Part shown: piece after piece, positions 12,401 to 24,008 of the stretch | Layout: each line of letters opens with the position of its first letter | Position numbering within the stretch: position 1 is the stretch's first letter | DNA from: Raillietiella orientalis | Taxonomy: Eukaryota | Direction: 5' to 3' | DNA: 64,000 nt | NCBI GenBank assembly: GCA_036172245.1 | Contig: JAYWIR010000038.1 | Coordinates: 1,860,001-1,924,000 of the forward strand | Translations under genes and position numbers: made by a program | Notes under the pieces: model-generated | Told to the model about the DNA's origin: nothing | The model's database searches: none | Seen by the model: the letters and a program-made list of their open reading frames with translations, nothing else

Positions 12401-13559
12401 GCAGCCAGAGAACTCCAGAGATCAGCTCTCGCGAGACGAAGGACAAGTAGCCGAGGAAGCAATAGGTTGAGGGGGGACGAGCGTGCCAGATGGACAGATG
12501 ACAACAACTTTAGCATGGCGTCTCTGTTGGAAGGCGTTGCATGAGAGAGGCGCAACAGCAAATTTGTTCCATCATCCAAACCCTCCTCTGAGCAGTTTTT
12601 TGACACCAGTACCCCAACAGCAAGTTGCAGTGAAAGTCCATTCACAGTTAAAGTCCCACAGATACTGGTGCCAGCAAGTGCAGCAATTTATCCATAATTT
12701 GCGGGAGCATTACAATATATTGAAACATGTTGATTAGTTAGCCGATGGCAGCGTTTTCAAATGTGACGCAATTAACTAGTTCTTCCTTCGGATAACGACC
12801 AGTGCTGTGTGATTGCATTCGGCTCCTCTCTTCTTTGAGCTACTCAGAGAATCGAGGCGTACAAGAATATCCCAGATATCCATCATTGGCTTATTGCTGC
12901 CACTAGAAGTCTTACTGGGACCAGTTACATCTTTTGATGATGCAGGAAGGAAGTGTGTAGGGATGGGTAATGAAATAAGCACATCCAAGGTATGTCTGTC
13001 AGATGGACAAATGAGCAATTCCGGAAGAATGTCAAGAACCCCCCTGTAACGTGTTGTAAAATGGTAAATCCGAGCGATAAAAAACATGACTGCACATGGT
13101 CGCAATGGAAAGACCCGCAAAGCCTATAAACACGTCACATGAAGGAAAAGAGGAGGGGCAAGGGAAGGAAAGGCGGACGATCTGCACCCGCGGAGTGTCG
13201 CAGGTGCATCGGGTCAGGAGCATTCCAAGCAGGGCCAGGTCGATCACGACGGGAGGACCCGTGCGGCCGCAGTCTTGAAGCTCATCGCTGGGTCCCGCCT
13301 GCCGCATCGCGACATGCGCGCGCCATCATCGCCGGCCGGGGCTATGCAGAGGGCGCGGCGTGCCCCCTGTCCTCTGCCCGGGGAACCGGCCAAGCACGCC
13401 GTTCCGGGAGGCACGGAAGCAGTGACCAGGGAAACACGCGAACCTCGAGGTGAGCGCCGTGCGGCTGCCTCCATAGCCGTGCTCGGACAAAGGAACGCGA
13501 CACGCACGCACTCTCGAGAAAAAAAAAAAAAGCTGCTTGAGCTTCCAGATAGCTCTGGG

Positions 13560-13990
13560 AACTTTCGGCTGCAGAAGGAGCAACGAACGGGAGAACGAAC
13601 GAGTGGTGGATTTGGACTCGCGGAAAGTACAAAGAGGTAGACGCCTTACGTATGTGATTGGCGCAGAGAAGTGCCCGCTGGAGAAGAACGGGACTACTGA
13701 AGCAACGGAAGGGAGCTCAGCCACGGGGGCTGCACAAGAATGGACCACTCGGATCCACGGAGGAAACCGTAATCTTCGGAACGATCCCATCCGGAGGAAG
13801 GTTCAGTCTTTCTCGGGATTCGCAAGACCCAGATCTCGTCACAGCATCTTCGGCAGGAAAAAGCCAATAGTAGGGTGGGATACCCCCTTCATCCATTTCT
13901 AAGTCCGTGGTCCTGGATATTAAGAGGATGGAATCCAGAACCCCCCCAAAAAACCAAGAAACCAAGGGAAGTCACTGACGACATCCTGTT
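13560..13990 (+). mobile_element. PIF/Harbinger transposase remnant
   Basis: YVIGAEKCP (~VIGAIDCTH), RPRSRHSIF (~WPGS.HDS.IF), GYPLHPFLSPW (~GDSGYPL.P.LMTP), in order across frameshifts. Confidence 0.5.
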
Positions 13991-14149
13991 TCGGTACGAA
14001 GGAAAAAAGGAAGGAGCCAGGGAGAAACAAAAGGAAGTAAAGAAACGAGGAAGACCAAGGGAAGCAAGCATCCCTGGGAGAAGTGGCTAATCTTACTGCT
14101 ACAGCAATTCGGATAATCGCTCTGAAATGAACATTTCGTTTCCTGCCAC

Positions 14150-14950
14150 TTGCGACCAAGTCCGCCCCTGATGATACCTGGATATGCAGGAGGTCATCTC
14201 TCCGGAGGGCGGGGATTTTCCCAGAGCTTAGCAGTCGACAGCGGGATGGTGAGATGGCGACCTCTCCTCCTTCTCACCCTGTTCCTGGAGGGAACTGAGG
14301 GATTCTCCGGAGCGCTTGGCTCGGTGAGACCCCCATCCGTTTTCGCAGCTGCTCTTCTCTCGCCCTGCTGCTGCTGCTGTGGACACACGAATCCTGCAAG
14401 CTCCCCCCTCCCCCAGCGCCGGCAGCTCGGACTGAAGAGGCTGGAGGCACGGGGGCTGGCCTTCCGAGGGAAGTCCTCGGCGTCGTAGCGATGGAGCAGC
14501 GAGATCATGGCATGGACCACCCGAGAAATCCCGTTTTCCCACCGATACTCCACAGGCATCGGAAGGAAGGCGCGCTCTCCCCGCTGCGACCTCTTGCACC
14601 GAGAGCGCTTTCCGAACGCACAGCCTCCATCGTCTGCACTCCGGCCCCGCCGGGGTTCGTGCCTAAGGGGAGACGCTTGCCTTGCGCTACCCTTGGAAAG
14701 TGGCTTCCTGGCTTCGCCCGCGTCGATCCCTGGTACTCCCGATTTCCAGAGTTGCCCCCCTCCCATCCCCTCGCTGCCCTCCCGGAAGCGCCTCTCTCCC
14801 CAGGCATGACGGACGAGTCGTTCGGTCGGATGAGGAAGGCAAAGGCGCACGCCGGCCAATGCGTCAGCCAGGAAGAGTTGAATGGCAGCTGTACGGCGCG
14901 TGCGGTTTCTTCCGAGGGAAATCAATTCCGTGGACGGAGGGAGAGTTCAG
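14150..14950 (-). mobile_element. Degenerate non-LTR reverse transcriptase fragment (L1/Tx1-like)
   Basis: Ghost SHFPRVAQGKRLPL (~F..RGVRQGCPL) with weak flanking RT motifs. Confidence 0.3.
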
Positions 14951-16084
14951 GGGTCTTCCTGATTGTATCCGACGTAGTAGGGGGCCTCCGACGCCCCCTT
15001 CCTCGGTAGGAACAAGCGCTCTTCCCTCTCTCTTGGATTTCCGAGCCCTTCCTCAATGATTCGAGGTCTCCTTCCTTTGCGGAGCACAAAAGAAACGACG
15101 CGCCGAGGAATTTCAAGCACCTCTGACGGTGTTCCCGATGCGCGCGCGGCGCGGTGTGTGCCGTCTGGCGCGAGGTGCTCCCCGCGCCGGGATCGTGCTC
15201 GCAGTTCCCGTTCTTCGTTACGCGCCGCCTGCTTTTCCGGATGACCCCCGCAAGGAACCGGTGCGGAGCCGGTAGGGTTTCTGCGCTCGTGTGCAGCGTG
15301 CCGGCTGCACACGCGCATGCGCATGCACGCGCGCGCAACCCGCAACCCTCGTCGCGTTCCCCTTTCTCCTCGCGTTTCACCGGCTTTATCTTTCAAACAG
15401 GTGCTTCATCACAAGGTATCGCAGTGGCGACCTGAAATATGAATGATCCTCGATTTTGCCTTAGCTTTCTCGAAGATCACTCGAATCTCGGTGAAGAATG
15501 ATCGAAGAGGCCGAGTCTGCGAATTTTTCAAGAGGAATAATCAGATGATGGGATTCCCATGAAGCTCCGCAGCTCCAAGGAGCCGTTGCAGGCACGCGCT
15601 TCAAATAAATAAATCAACGTGCATACACACATGCATACATATGTGATAGGCGAAGACAAAGCTTCGCGCAGCTTGGTTTTCGAGATAGGGAGGCTAGGGT
15701 GCGCCCAACGAAACCAGAAGGCATCTGCCAGGACCGAGAAGCTTCCCACGTGCGCACGATTTGCGAGATTCTCGAAAGTTCGTTGCGGGAATGAGCTCAG
15801 AAGGAACTGACGGCTCCGTCTGGCCGCGTCTCGGAGGCAGTAGCACGGTCGTTCTCTTCGAGAGAGCTCCTGCCGAAACCTCGTGCGAGTCTTGGGCGAG
15901 TCGGAAGTTCCCCCACGGCCGACCTCTTTTCCACGAGGTGGGGTACGCACAAGACAGGAGCGCACGTGTTGTTGCTGCCGTGTAGCGTCTCTTCCCTCAC
16001 CGGACCCGCTGCTGAAATCGTGTGCTCCAGGAGGGGCACTTGGACACTGAAGCGAAACTGCCCCATCTGATTGGGTGGTTAGGG

Positions 16085-16675
16085 ACGAAGCTCTTTGACG
16101 CTGCCTACGCCACCCGAGGGGGGCGTGTAACTCTTCAAATTAGGGGGTGACCTCGGAGGGACCACCCTATGAATCCAGGAAGGTTTCGGAGAAAACCATA
16201 TCCTTATTCTCTTCAGAGGGACCCCGTAGAGGGGGTCACTCCATGATTTCTTCTCCGGAGGGACCCCTGGGAAGGATTTGATTCTTTTTTCCTTCCTCTG
16301 AAGAGAACTCCGAAAGGATGCTTCCCGATTTCTCTGAAGGGCGTTCCCCTAAGGGAACAGCGTGCTTCTCGATACTCTGGAGAGACGACCCCGAGAGAGG
16401 TATTAATGAGCTCCATGGAACGCGTTGGAGGGTCCCCCGCAGGGGGAGGAGGGTCCCATTTTCACAACAGGAGGCGAACCCCAAAGGTTCCTTGATTCCT
16501 GGAAGGATCCCAGGGTGTCGACTTCCAATCTCGGCCGGTCAGGGATATCCGGCTTCTTCCACCAGTGCCGCATTCGTAGGCACCAGTCCCGCAACCAGGC
16601 CATAGACCTGCGGGAAGAGAAGGACTCCAAACCCACGACGCACCCTCCATTTCTCGGCGTCGACCTTTCCCTCCC
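16085..16675 (-). mobile_element. SINE-like dispersed repeat, copy lacking most of the tRNA-like head
   Basis: Shares ccctatgaatccaggaagg, ctctgaagagaac and ttgattcctggaagga blocks with 55040-55730 and 61960-62790. Confidence 0.75.
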
Positions 16676-16779
16676 GCTGCTCTTTGTATGATCGGTTTTT
16701 TTTTTCAAGAAAAATTGCTGAGGACTGCAGGAACGTTTCATTTCTCCTCTTCAGTTCCACGACGCCGCCGTCCTGTTGC

Positions 16780-16995
16780 CCGCCCATTTCACCCTAGGGA
16801 AGGCATTCCTTCCTCTTCTTGACTGAGCGAAATCCTCGTTGTCATCGTCTTCCTGCTTTGCCGAACAGCTCTCCCCGGTGACTCGATGGATGTTCCGCAG
16901 GCTCGCTGCTCGTCTTCCATCGACTTCTGTGATTTTCATCTTCGTAGACGACTGGCACGCTGCTTCTCCTTCCAGAACTCCAACGGCCCAGAGCT
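16780..16995 (-). mobile_element. hAT C-terminal dimerisation-domain remnant
   Basis: GPLEFWKEK ... CGTSIES ... ELFGKAG (~DPLEFWK..PATS..SERLFSKAG). Confidence 0.5.
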
Positions 16996-17859
16996 GATCA
17001 AAAAAAACAATAACAAAACTAATGGATGCCAAGGAGCAGCAGACTCTCGGGGGGGAGGGCTATGGAAAGCTGTTTTCGTGTTTTTTTTAAAGTGCTTTCG
17101 GAGGAGCACTCTCTGGTCTCATGGGCTCATGGATTTTCTCTTTTTTCTTTTTTTGGATTCTCTTTTCGAGCCTGCATCCGTGCGCCACACGACAACGCGC
17201 CCTGCCGCCGGCGGACGTGAGCTGGTCAGCGTGGCGTTCTAAAGAGTGTGCACTTCTGCTACCATGGTTAGCTTCTGTCGACCACGGTTTTCTATCCGCT
17301 ATATAAATTCACCCATCTACTGTGTTACGAGGGTAAGCAACTCGAACTTTGTGTCAGAAAGAGCAAATTCGCCTGCCACCTGCGATTCGGTGCTGCCTAC
17401 GCGCGCGTGCGCGCACCATTCGAGAGAATTAGGAAATTTCCCCCGTGCTTCCAACATGATTTGCATGCCGCGATCCAAGGACAAAAATAATGGCAGTAAT
17501 TCAGAGACTCCCCAGCTTTGCAGCTATGGCGAACTTCCACCAGAAGTGCAAGCGTCACGGAGGCTGCGAGTATCAGAATGCCTCCTTCTCGAAGTCGCAA
17601 ACTCATCAACCCACTCACTCAATACGATTCTTGGTTTCTTTTGGTCTTCCGCGCAAATCTGATCTCTTCAACAAAAGATGCCATTTTGAAGTTGCAACGA
17701 ACATAAGGGAGGCAAAAGGAGGAACCAGGGCGCCGAAACAAATTACACCCTCAATTCAAGCAACCACCAGCAGCAGTAACTCCCCGAACTTTCAAAAAAT
17801 CCTGTACATTTCAAAAATCCTTCTTTTTTTTGTTTGAAAAATCTTCTCATCTTTCCCAT

Positions 17860-18500
17860 GCTTTTGGCTTCCTGAAAATCCCTACACCTACAAGTGGAAG
17901 ATCCTGTGTCTTACAGCGGAAGAAAGTTGCTCGAGGCATTGTCATCAAAACACGTGTACGGATCAAGGCAAACCTATGCCAACAAAAGAAGCAGAGAAGC
18001 AATAGCGAGCACAGCAAGGATCAAATCCTTCTACACAGGCAAACCCCCAAAAAAGAGAAGACAGCCATCGGAAGTAACTCCATAAGAAAATAAACCCAGC
18101 AACAGTATCAAAAAGAAATTCCATAAATACATGGCATATAAGCTAACAACGAAAGTTGGCAACCAGATGCTTTTCGACAGAGAAGGACATCCTACCAAAG
18201 AGTAGCACAAGAACAAGACAACCAAAACAAACCACCATACTGATGATAGTCAAGATGACTGGACTGCAAGATTACAAGAAGCTCTCAAAATGTAGTATCC
18301 ACCAAATTTTTGTCTCGCAGACAAAGCAGAATACAACAGTTCATCCACTAGTAACAGTCCCCGACATTTACTGTTTACCAAACTCCCAATAAGTTCATCG
18401 AAGGCAAGAATGAGACAATGATACAAGCTCAAAGAGTGACCATTATGAACTCGAAATGTCATCAGTTTCTCCTCAACTGCCAACAAATCAACAATTCATT
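17860..18500 (+). mobile_element. Degenerate piggyBac transposase remnant (A+C-skewed)
   Basis: Ordered ghosts: LPENPYTYKWKILCL (~MPNKP.KYGIKIF.L), KSFYTG (~DNFYTS), TAIGS..IRK (~VGT.RK), TILMIVKM, DYKKLSKCSIHQ (~DYNKTKGGVD.VDQ), TTVHPLV (~TRRWPLV). Confidence 0.5.
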
Positions 18501-21500
18501 AAACGAAAGATGGAACAACACATTCAAAAGTTCTACTAAAATTGCAATCAGCATAATCAGAAAGAAACCGCCTTCCTCTCTATTTTGTGGGAAACAGAAT
18601 GGGGGCAAAAATGGGACCTGACTAACAACTTTCCACTCCTCTAAACCACACCGTCCTCACCAAGCCAGAGGACTCGCTCACCCAACTCAAGCGCGTTCCG
18701 AGCTACCATCTTGATACTGGGATGCAGGTTGAGCACTGGACGGCTCCAAGAAGTCCTACTGCACAGAAGCGCCACCGTCGCGACCTGGAGACCAACGAGC
18801 ATCTCACATCGCGTAGGGAGAAGCACGCTGAGCAAGCGCACCGGTGCTCCAACCTTTCCCCTCGCCCCAAACACGCGCCTCGGAAAGCTCACGGTTGCCA
18901 CACAACCCACAAATTCGGGAATTTTCCACGCGCTTCGAACGACAAAGGCGACCCACGAAAAGCGGAGGCGGTGACCTCTCCCAAAGGACCACGGGCTGAC
19001 GTGCGTGGAAACAGAGAAAGTGAGACTCCCCAGGAAGCACAGATGACTAGCAGAGCACATGGCGAACAGAGTCCTTCTGAGCACGGCAACCGCACGTGCG
19101 CGCAGTCGGGAAGCCACCAAAATGGGGACAGGAATTTCAGCAATGTGCTCTGACTTCGTTCCCACGGAGGCAAGAAAGCAAGCAGGGGATGAAGAATTTT
19201 CACGCATATCTCCTGGTCGTCTTTGCTCGCAAGGAGTCGGACTGCATCCTGAACCAGGTTGCACTTTTCCGAAACACAGACCCCAAAGAATCGCACGTAC
19301 GACCATCCCACGCTCCCTCCCTAAACCATCACCATGCTAGCAACGCCGACACAACGTCGAGCGTAGAAATCGGGGTGTTTCCTGGTCGCGCTGCTGCGTC
19401 TTCCCTGGAGAACACGAAGCCGCTGACGGTTGTTTCCAGGCTCGCAACAGCAGCAAGCGTCCAGTAGGCCGATATCTTCCGGGATGATGATCAGCATGTA
19501 GAACGGCAAGACTTTTGGAAGACTTACTGAAAGCACCTTACGTTTCCGAACCGCTCCAGGAAGGGCGTACTCAGGAACAACATTCCGGAACCTGTTTCCA
19601 AACAAAACATGAAACATGTGCTTTGGTTTTCCAACGACAAACCGACGAAGAATGAATTCAGAGAACACGCTTCCTTGCTCACGAAACAAAAGAAGGGGGG
19701 GGGGGGAAGTCTCAAAAACCCTGGCTCCTTCTAGACGGGGGGATCGGAAACCCGCGAGGTTGCGCGGCGCAGCAGCGAATCTTCCGAGTTGCTTCGGGAG
19801 ATGCTGCGCGCTGCCTCCGCGATCGCGAAGAGAACACCCAACAGTTGTCATCCCCAACGCACGTGCACGTTGCGCGGCAATCGGGCGAATCGACACGCAG
19901 AGAGCGGACGGAAGATGGTCAGGGAGGAGCGGACGGGGCGCTGGAGCAGTCGACGAGAAGACCCCCCTTCGTAGGTCCCGTTGCCGCGCTGGCGCGGGCC
20001 TTTCCGACGGCAAGTGGTGGCCAGTGGCAGAGCGGAACGTCGAGAAGAGAGCGCGGAAGAGAGAGCGGTTGCGGCAGAAGGCATTGCTGGTGACCACGCC
20101 CAAATCATGGCATTCAGATGCGTTCTCGATTCTTCTCTTCATGCTGACGAAGACGCGCTTGGGATTTTCAGGCTGGAAAGCGTGGGGCCATCTGAGCTCT
20201 TCGAGTCGGCAGCGGCCGCGCGCAGGCACGGATGGAAGAGGGCATGGCGACTGGACGGGTGGCGGGATGCCGCTGGCCTGCTTCCCCGCTCCGGTCCAGG
20301 AGTGGCGTGCACCTGAGGATGCAGATGCCGAAGGCGCGATCGCCGGGCGGGAAAGCGCTCGCCGAGGACGCTGAGCGCTTTGCTAGGTTTGGCAGTTCCG
20401 CACCATGGCGACATCCAGGGTGATGCCGCGACAGGGGTGGGGAAGTTGTGATGGGAAGGGAGCAGCAGGGAGGGCCGAACGCGTACGCCGTCGTCCCCCA
20501 CGAAGCGATCGATGCGAAGCGCTGATCCGTGGTCCGCGGTTTCACGGCGGGGGTCGAAATCCGTGCGCGGAAGGATCGGAGGAGGAAAACGGAAAGGAAA
20601 CGCGAAAAAAAAAAAAAAAAAAAAAAAAAGAAGAGGAAGAGGAGGAGGCAAAAAAGGTCGCAATAAACGCAGGGAAAAAGTGTACGATTCGCACACGTCG
20701 CGGCGGCTCGGAGGGGTCGAAGGGAGCGATCGGTCGGTAAGGTCGGCGAATGACGGGGAGGATGCAGCGCAATTGTCGTGGTTTTCACAAGCGTGCACTT
20801 CGGCGAGGGTGATGGAATTCGTGTTTCCCCGTTTCCGGTTCCCCGTGCACGGGGACGTGTGTCTTCCTTCGAGTGCGCCGCGAAACGAGCCCGCTTTTGC
20901 CAAGGTTATTGCAAAAACACGCGCCTCCTTGCCGTGTGGCCTTTCGAGCCTACGAACGAAGAAGGCAGGAAGGAAGGAAGGAAGCAAAAGGGGGGGGGGG
21001 AACGGAACGAAGATCGGAAATTGGGGAGGCCCCTGCAATGTTTTCCGAAGCGTCCTGGGGGCGGGTCAGGAGCCCTCGACTTGTAGACTTTGCTCTTCGG
21101 GTTGGGAGGTTCCCCGTTTTGCAAGCTGCTTGTAGCAAAGAAGCAGAGGAAAGCTTGCTCTGCTTGGTTGTGCCGCTTCGAGTTGCAACCACAAGTGGTT
21201 TTTTTTTTTCTTTTTCCCCCTTTTTGTTTTTTTTTTGTTTTTGTTTTTTGTTGTCGTTGTATTGCTGTTGGTAGCTTTTGGTGGTGGAGGTTATGAGGCG
21301 TGGTACGAATGGGAAGGTAGCCGAATAGCAGGCATTTGGCCAGAGGTTATGTGTGTGGTTTCCCATGGGGTTAGCTGGCCGACTTGGGGTGGGCTTGTCT
21401 GCTGATTTTTTGTGGGTTGTGCATGTGAGGCCAACCCATGGTGGGCCATGGGCTGAGCAGTGATGCTTTCCTTCTGGAAGTGTCCATGCCACAGGAAGCA

Positions 21501-21571
21501 TGGGCCATGTTGCCAGTGTTGATTGTGCACAGTTTTGTTGTAGGATGCGATTCGTCAAGTAAAAAGTGAAG

Positions 21572-21816
21572 ATGAATTCAATGCAGTATTTTGACTGCCA
21601 CTTGTCCTGGGACAATTATCATGAGTTTCTGATTGCTGAATTATGTGAATGCCATGGTGAACAAAAATATGCAGACCTGTTCATCAGATGTGAAAATAAA
21701 AGCATTGGTTGCCACAAGTCAGTGATGGCAGCCTCCAGTGATTTGCTGAAAGGCTTGCTGAAAAATGAAAATTCAGATGTGCTTATCTTATCAGGATACA
21801 AATTTTCCACAATAAA
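21572..21816 (+). CDS. BTB-ZF gene copy 2, coding exon 1 (N-terminal BTB, Tramtrack type)
   Basis: MNSMQYFDCHLSWDNYHEFL..YADLFIRCENKSIGCHKSVMAASSDLLKGLL resembles F.LRWNN...DVTL.C....AHK.VL.A.S. Donor AA|gtgagt; upstream acceptor ttgttgtag at 21543. The four exons sum to 1563 nt = 520 aa + stop. Confidence 0.85.
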
Positions 21817-22494
21817 GTGAGTAGTTTTTGTTTTGCATTGCAAGGGAGTGCGTTGGTCCGCCATGTATGAATTTTTGCCATGGGTGGCAGTGAAGTGTTG
21901 CCCATTTGGTCAATTGATGATGAATAGTCATGAATGGAAGGAGGTGTTGATTTCGTTGCTTGCAAGAGGAAGTGTTTTTGCTCATTGAATTGCTGTGCAG
22001 ATCGCATTTTGCTGTTTGTTTGATTCGCGGCATGCACACGTTTGCGTCTGCATGCCACTTTTGCCATGATGGATTTTTTTCCCTGCCATGTGCGGCCCGT
22101 GCAGTGTTGTGTTGCCTATTTTTGTTGGCTGGAAGGTGGAACGGGGATTGTTGGAAGTCGTGGTCCAGTGTTTTCGGTACTGCAGAAGAAGGGAGTGAGT
22201 GTGCCAAATGGAGCTGAGGCAGTGGAAGGGAGTGGCATCAAATGGTGCAGCTGAGGGTGATTGTGTTTTCGTTTTTCTTGGTTTTTCTGTTTGACGGGCG
22301 TGTCCGTGAAGGTAAGTAGAGGAAGTGTAGAAGGAGACGTGTTGTGTGAGCGTTGCTCGAATCGTTCAGTTGAAAGTGTGTGTATGTGTGCGCGAGCGTT
22401 GTGTGTTTTGTTTGTGGTTTTCGTGATTTTTGGACCGCGCACTCCCATTATGTGAGGTGAGTGCAGCTTTTGATCGTGTGCGCGTGTGTTTCAG

Positions 22495-22940
22495 GTGCCT
22501 GGTGAAGTTTATTTATCTTGGAGAATTGAGCCTACCACTGCACAGCTACCAGGACTTTATTGAGACTGCTCGCGACCTGCAGATCAAGGGAATCGTCGAC
22601 AATCCGCTGATCTCGGATTTTGACCCGAGGCTGGGTCAGCATGTTAGGCATGTTTACTCATCTGAGGGAGTCAGCCTGCAGAAGGGTGTTGGAGTGGGAG
22701 CGAGTACAGGCTACGAATCGGAAAGCTGTGAAAAGCTGGACGATTACTGGGAGTGCAGGGACAGCGATGACCTGCAGTGGGAGTCTGGAGTGTGCGGCTC
22801 AGATGTACAGGACGATTCATCGTTGGACAGCATTGGGAACGTGGTGTGCAGCCTGCTGGAGGAGCTGGTGATGCAAACGGAAGTGAACATTGCTGCAAAT
22901 AGTTGTGAACCTTTGTCTCCCAGCACCATGGACAGCGAAG
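22495..22940 (+). CDS. BTB-ZF gene copy 2, coding exon 2
   Basis: tttcag|G completes a Lys codon, then CLVKFIYLGE..ARDLQIKG; donor gtgagt at 22941. Confidence 0.87.
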
Positions 22941-23086
22941 GTGAGTTGGAGGTGGTTTGGACACCAGGGTGGAGAGTGGTGCATGAGTGGTTGTGAGTTT
23001 TTTCTTGTGAGCATGCGGTTATGGTTTTGATGTGTGGATTTGCATATTTGGAATTGTGATTCCATGGTTGTGTTTGTGTGCACCAG

Positions 23087-23630
23087 AGCCGCTGAGGGGA
23101 TCTCGAGGAACGCGGGATCACCCTGTGAGGACATGTTCCCGCTGTCATCGTGCATTTCACAGCCGAATGCTGTATCAGTTGCATTCGTGCAAAGGGACCC
23201 ACTCCCGTGCTGGGAAGAAGGCAAGCAGCCGTGGGAGGATGCGTCCTTCATTTGGTGTGTGCGACGGGCAGGTGGAGCGTCATCCTCTGGTGAAAGTGCG
23301 GCGGCTAGATGATAGCCAGCTGTGCAATTTGGAGGAGCGGACGACCTCTCCTGGATCAGAGGAAACGTTGGATAGAGATGAAGAGAGCAGCTTCTGCTGC
23401 TTGGAGTGCAGCGAGCAGTTCTGCTCGTTGGGTGCGCTGCAGCAGCACATGAGCATTCATGCAAGGGTTCACCGCTGCAGCATTTGCGGCTGGAGCTTTG
23501 AATCGGAAGAAGGAAGACTGTTGCACGAGAATGAGCACAATGCGTCGCCGTTGCTGTGCGAATTGTGCGGGAAGGGGATGAGAGCACGGGAAGCATACAT
23601 GCTGCACTACCGCCTGCATTCTGTGGACAG
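23087..23630 (+). CDS. BTB-ZF gene copy 2, coding exon 3 (C2H2 zinc fingers)
   Basis: caccag|AG acceptor, three canonical C2H2 fingers, donor gtgagt at 23631. Confidence 0.87.
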
Positions 23631-23680
23631 GTGAGTGTTGGGTTTGCAGACGTTTTGGGTGCATTTCAGTGGTTGTTCAG

Positions 23681-24008
23681 AGAAGAGAGCGCGTTTTCTC
23701 TTCCGTCGCTGCTTGCCCGAAACAGCAGTTTCGGTGGTGTTGGCAGCAGCAATTCTTCTCAGGTGGGCAAGTCTCACAGGTTGCTGATGTCTGCACGTGC
23801 GAGGCTGAAGCACAAGAGGCGAGGGAGGCCGCCGAACGGTGCGCATCGCGTGTCGGTGGTGGAGGTGAAGAGCACGCCCGTGAAGAGAATGTCTCTGGAC
23901 AAGAACCAAGTGCGTCGACTGAACGAGACGATGGAGGAAGTTCTGGAGGACATGTGCAGTTGGTTTGCTGAAGATGGTTTGGTTACCAGCGATGAGGAGT
24001 ACTTGTGA
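23681..24008 (+). CDS. BTB-ZF gene copy 2, last coding exon (AT-hook-like motif)
   Basis: Acceptor gttgttcag|A, in frame to TGA at 24006-24008; contains KRRGRPP. Confidence 0.72.

Noticed and set aside
19321..20374. Overlapping 302-aa (-) and 252-aa (+) ORFs as a divergent gene
   Set aside because: GC-rich, Arg/Ala-biased, with no recognisable domain or splice support; a non-coding or unrecognised divergent transcript is not excluded.
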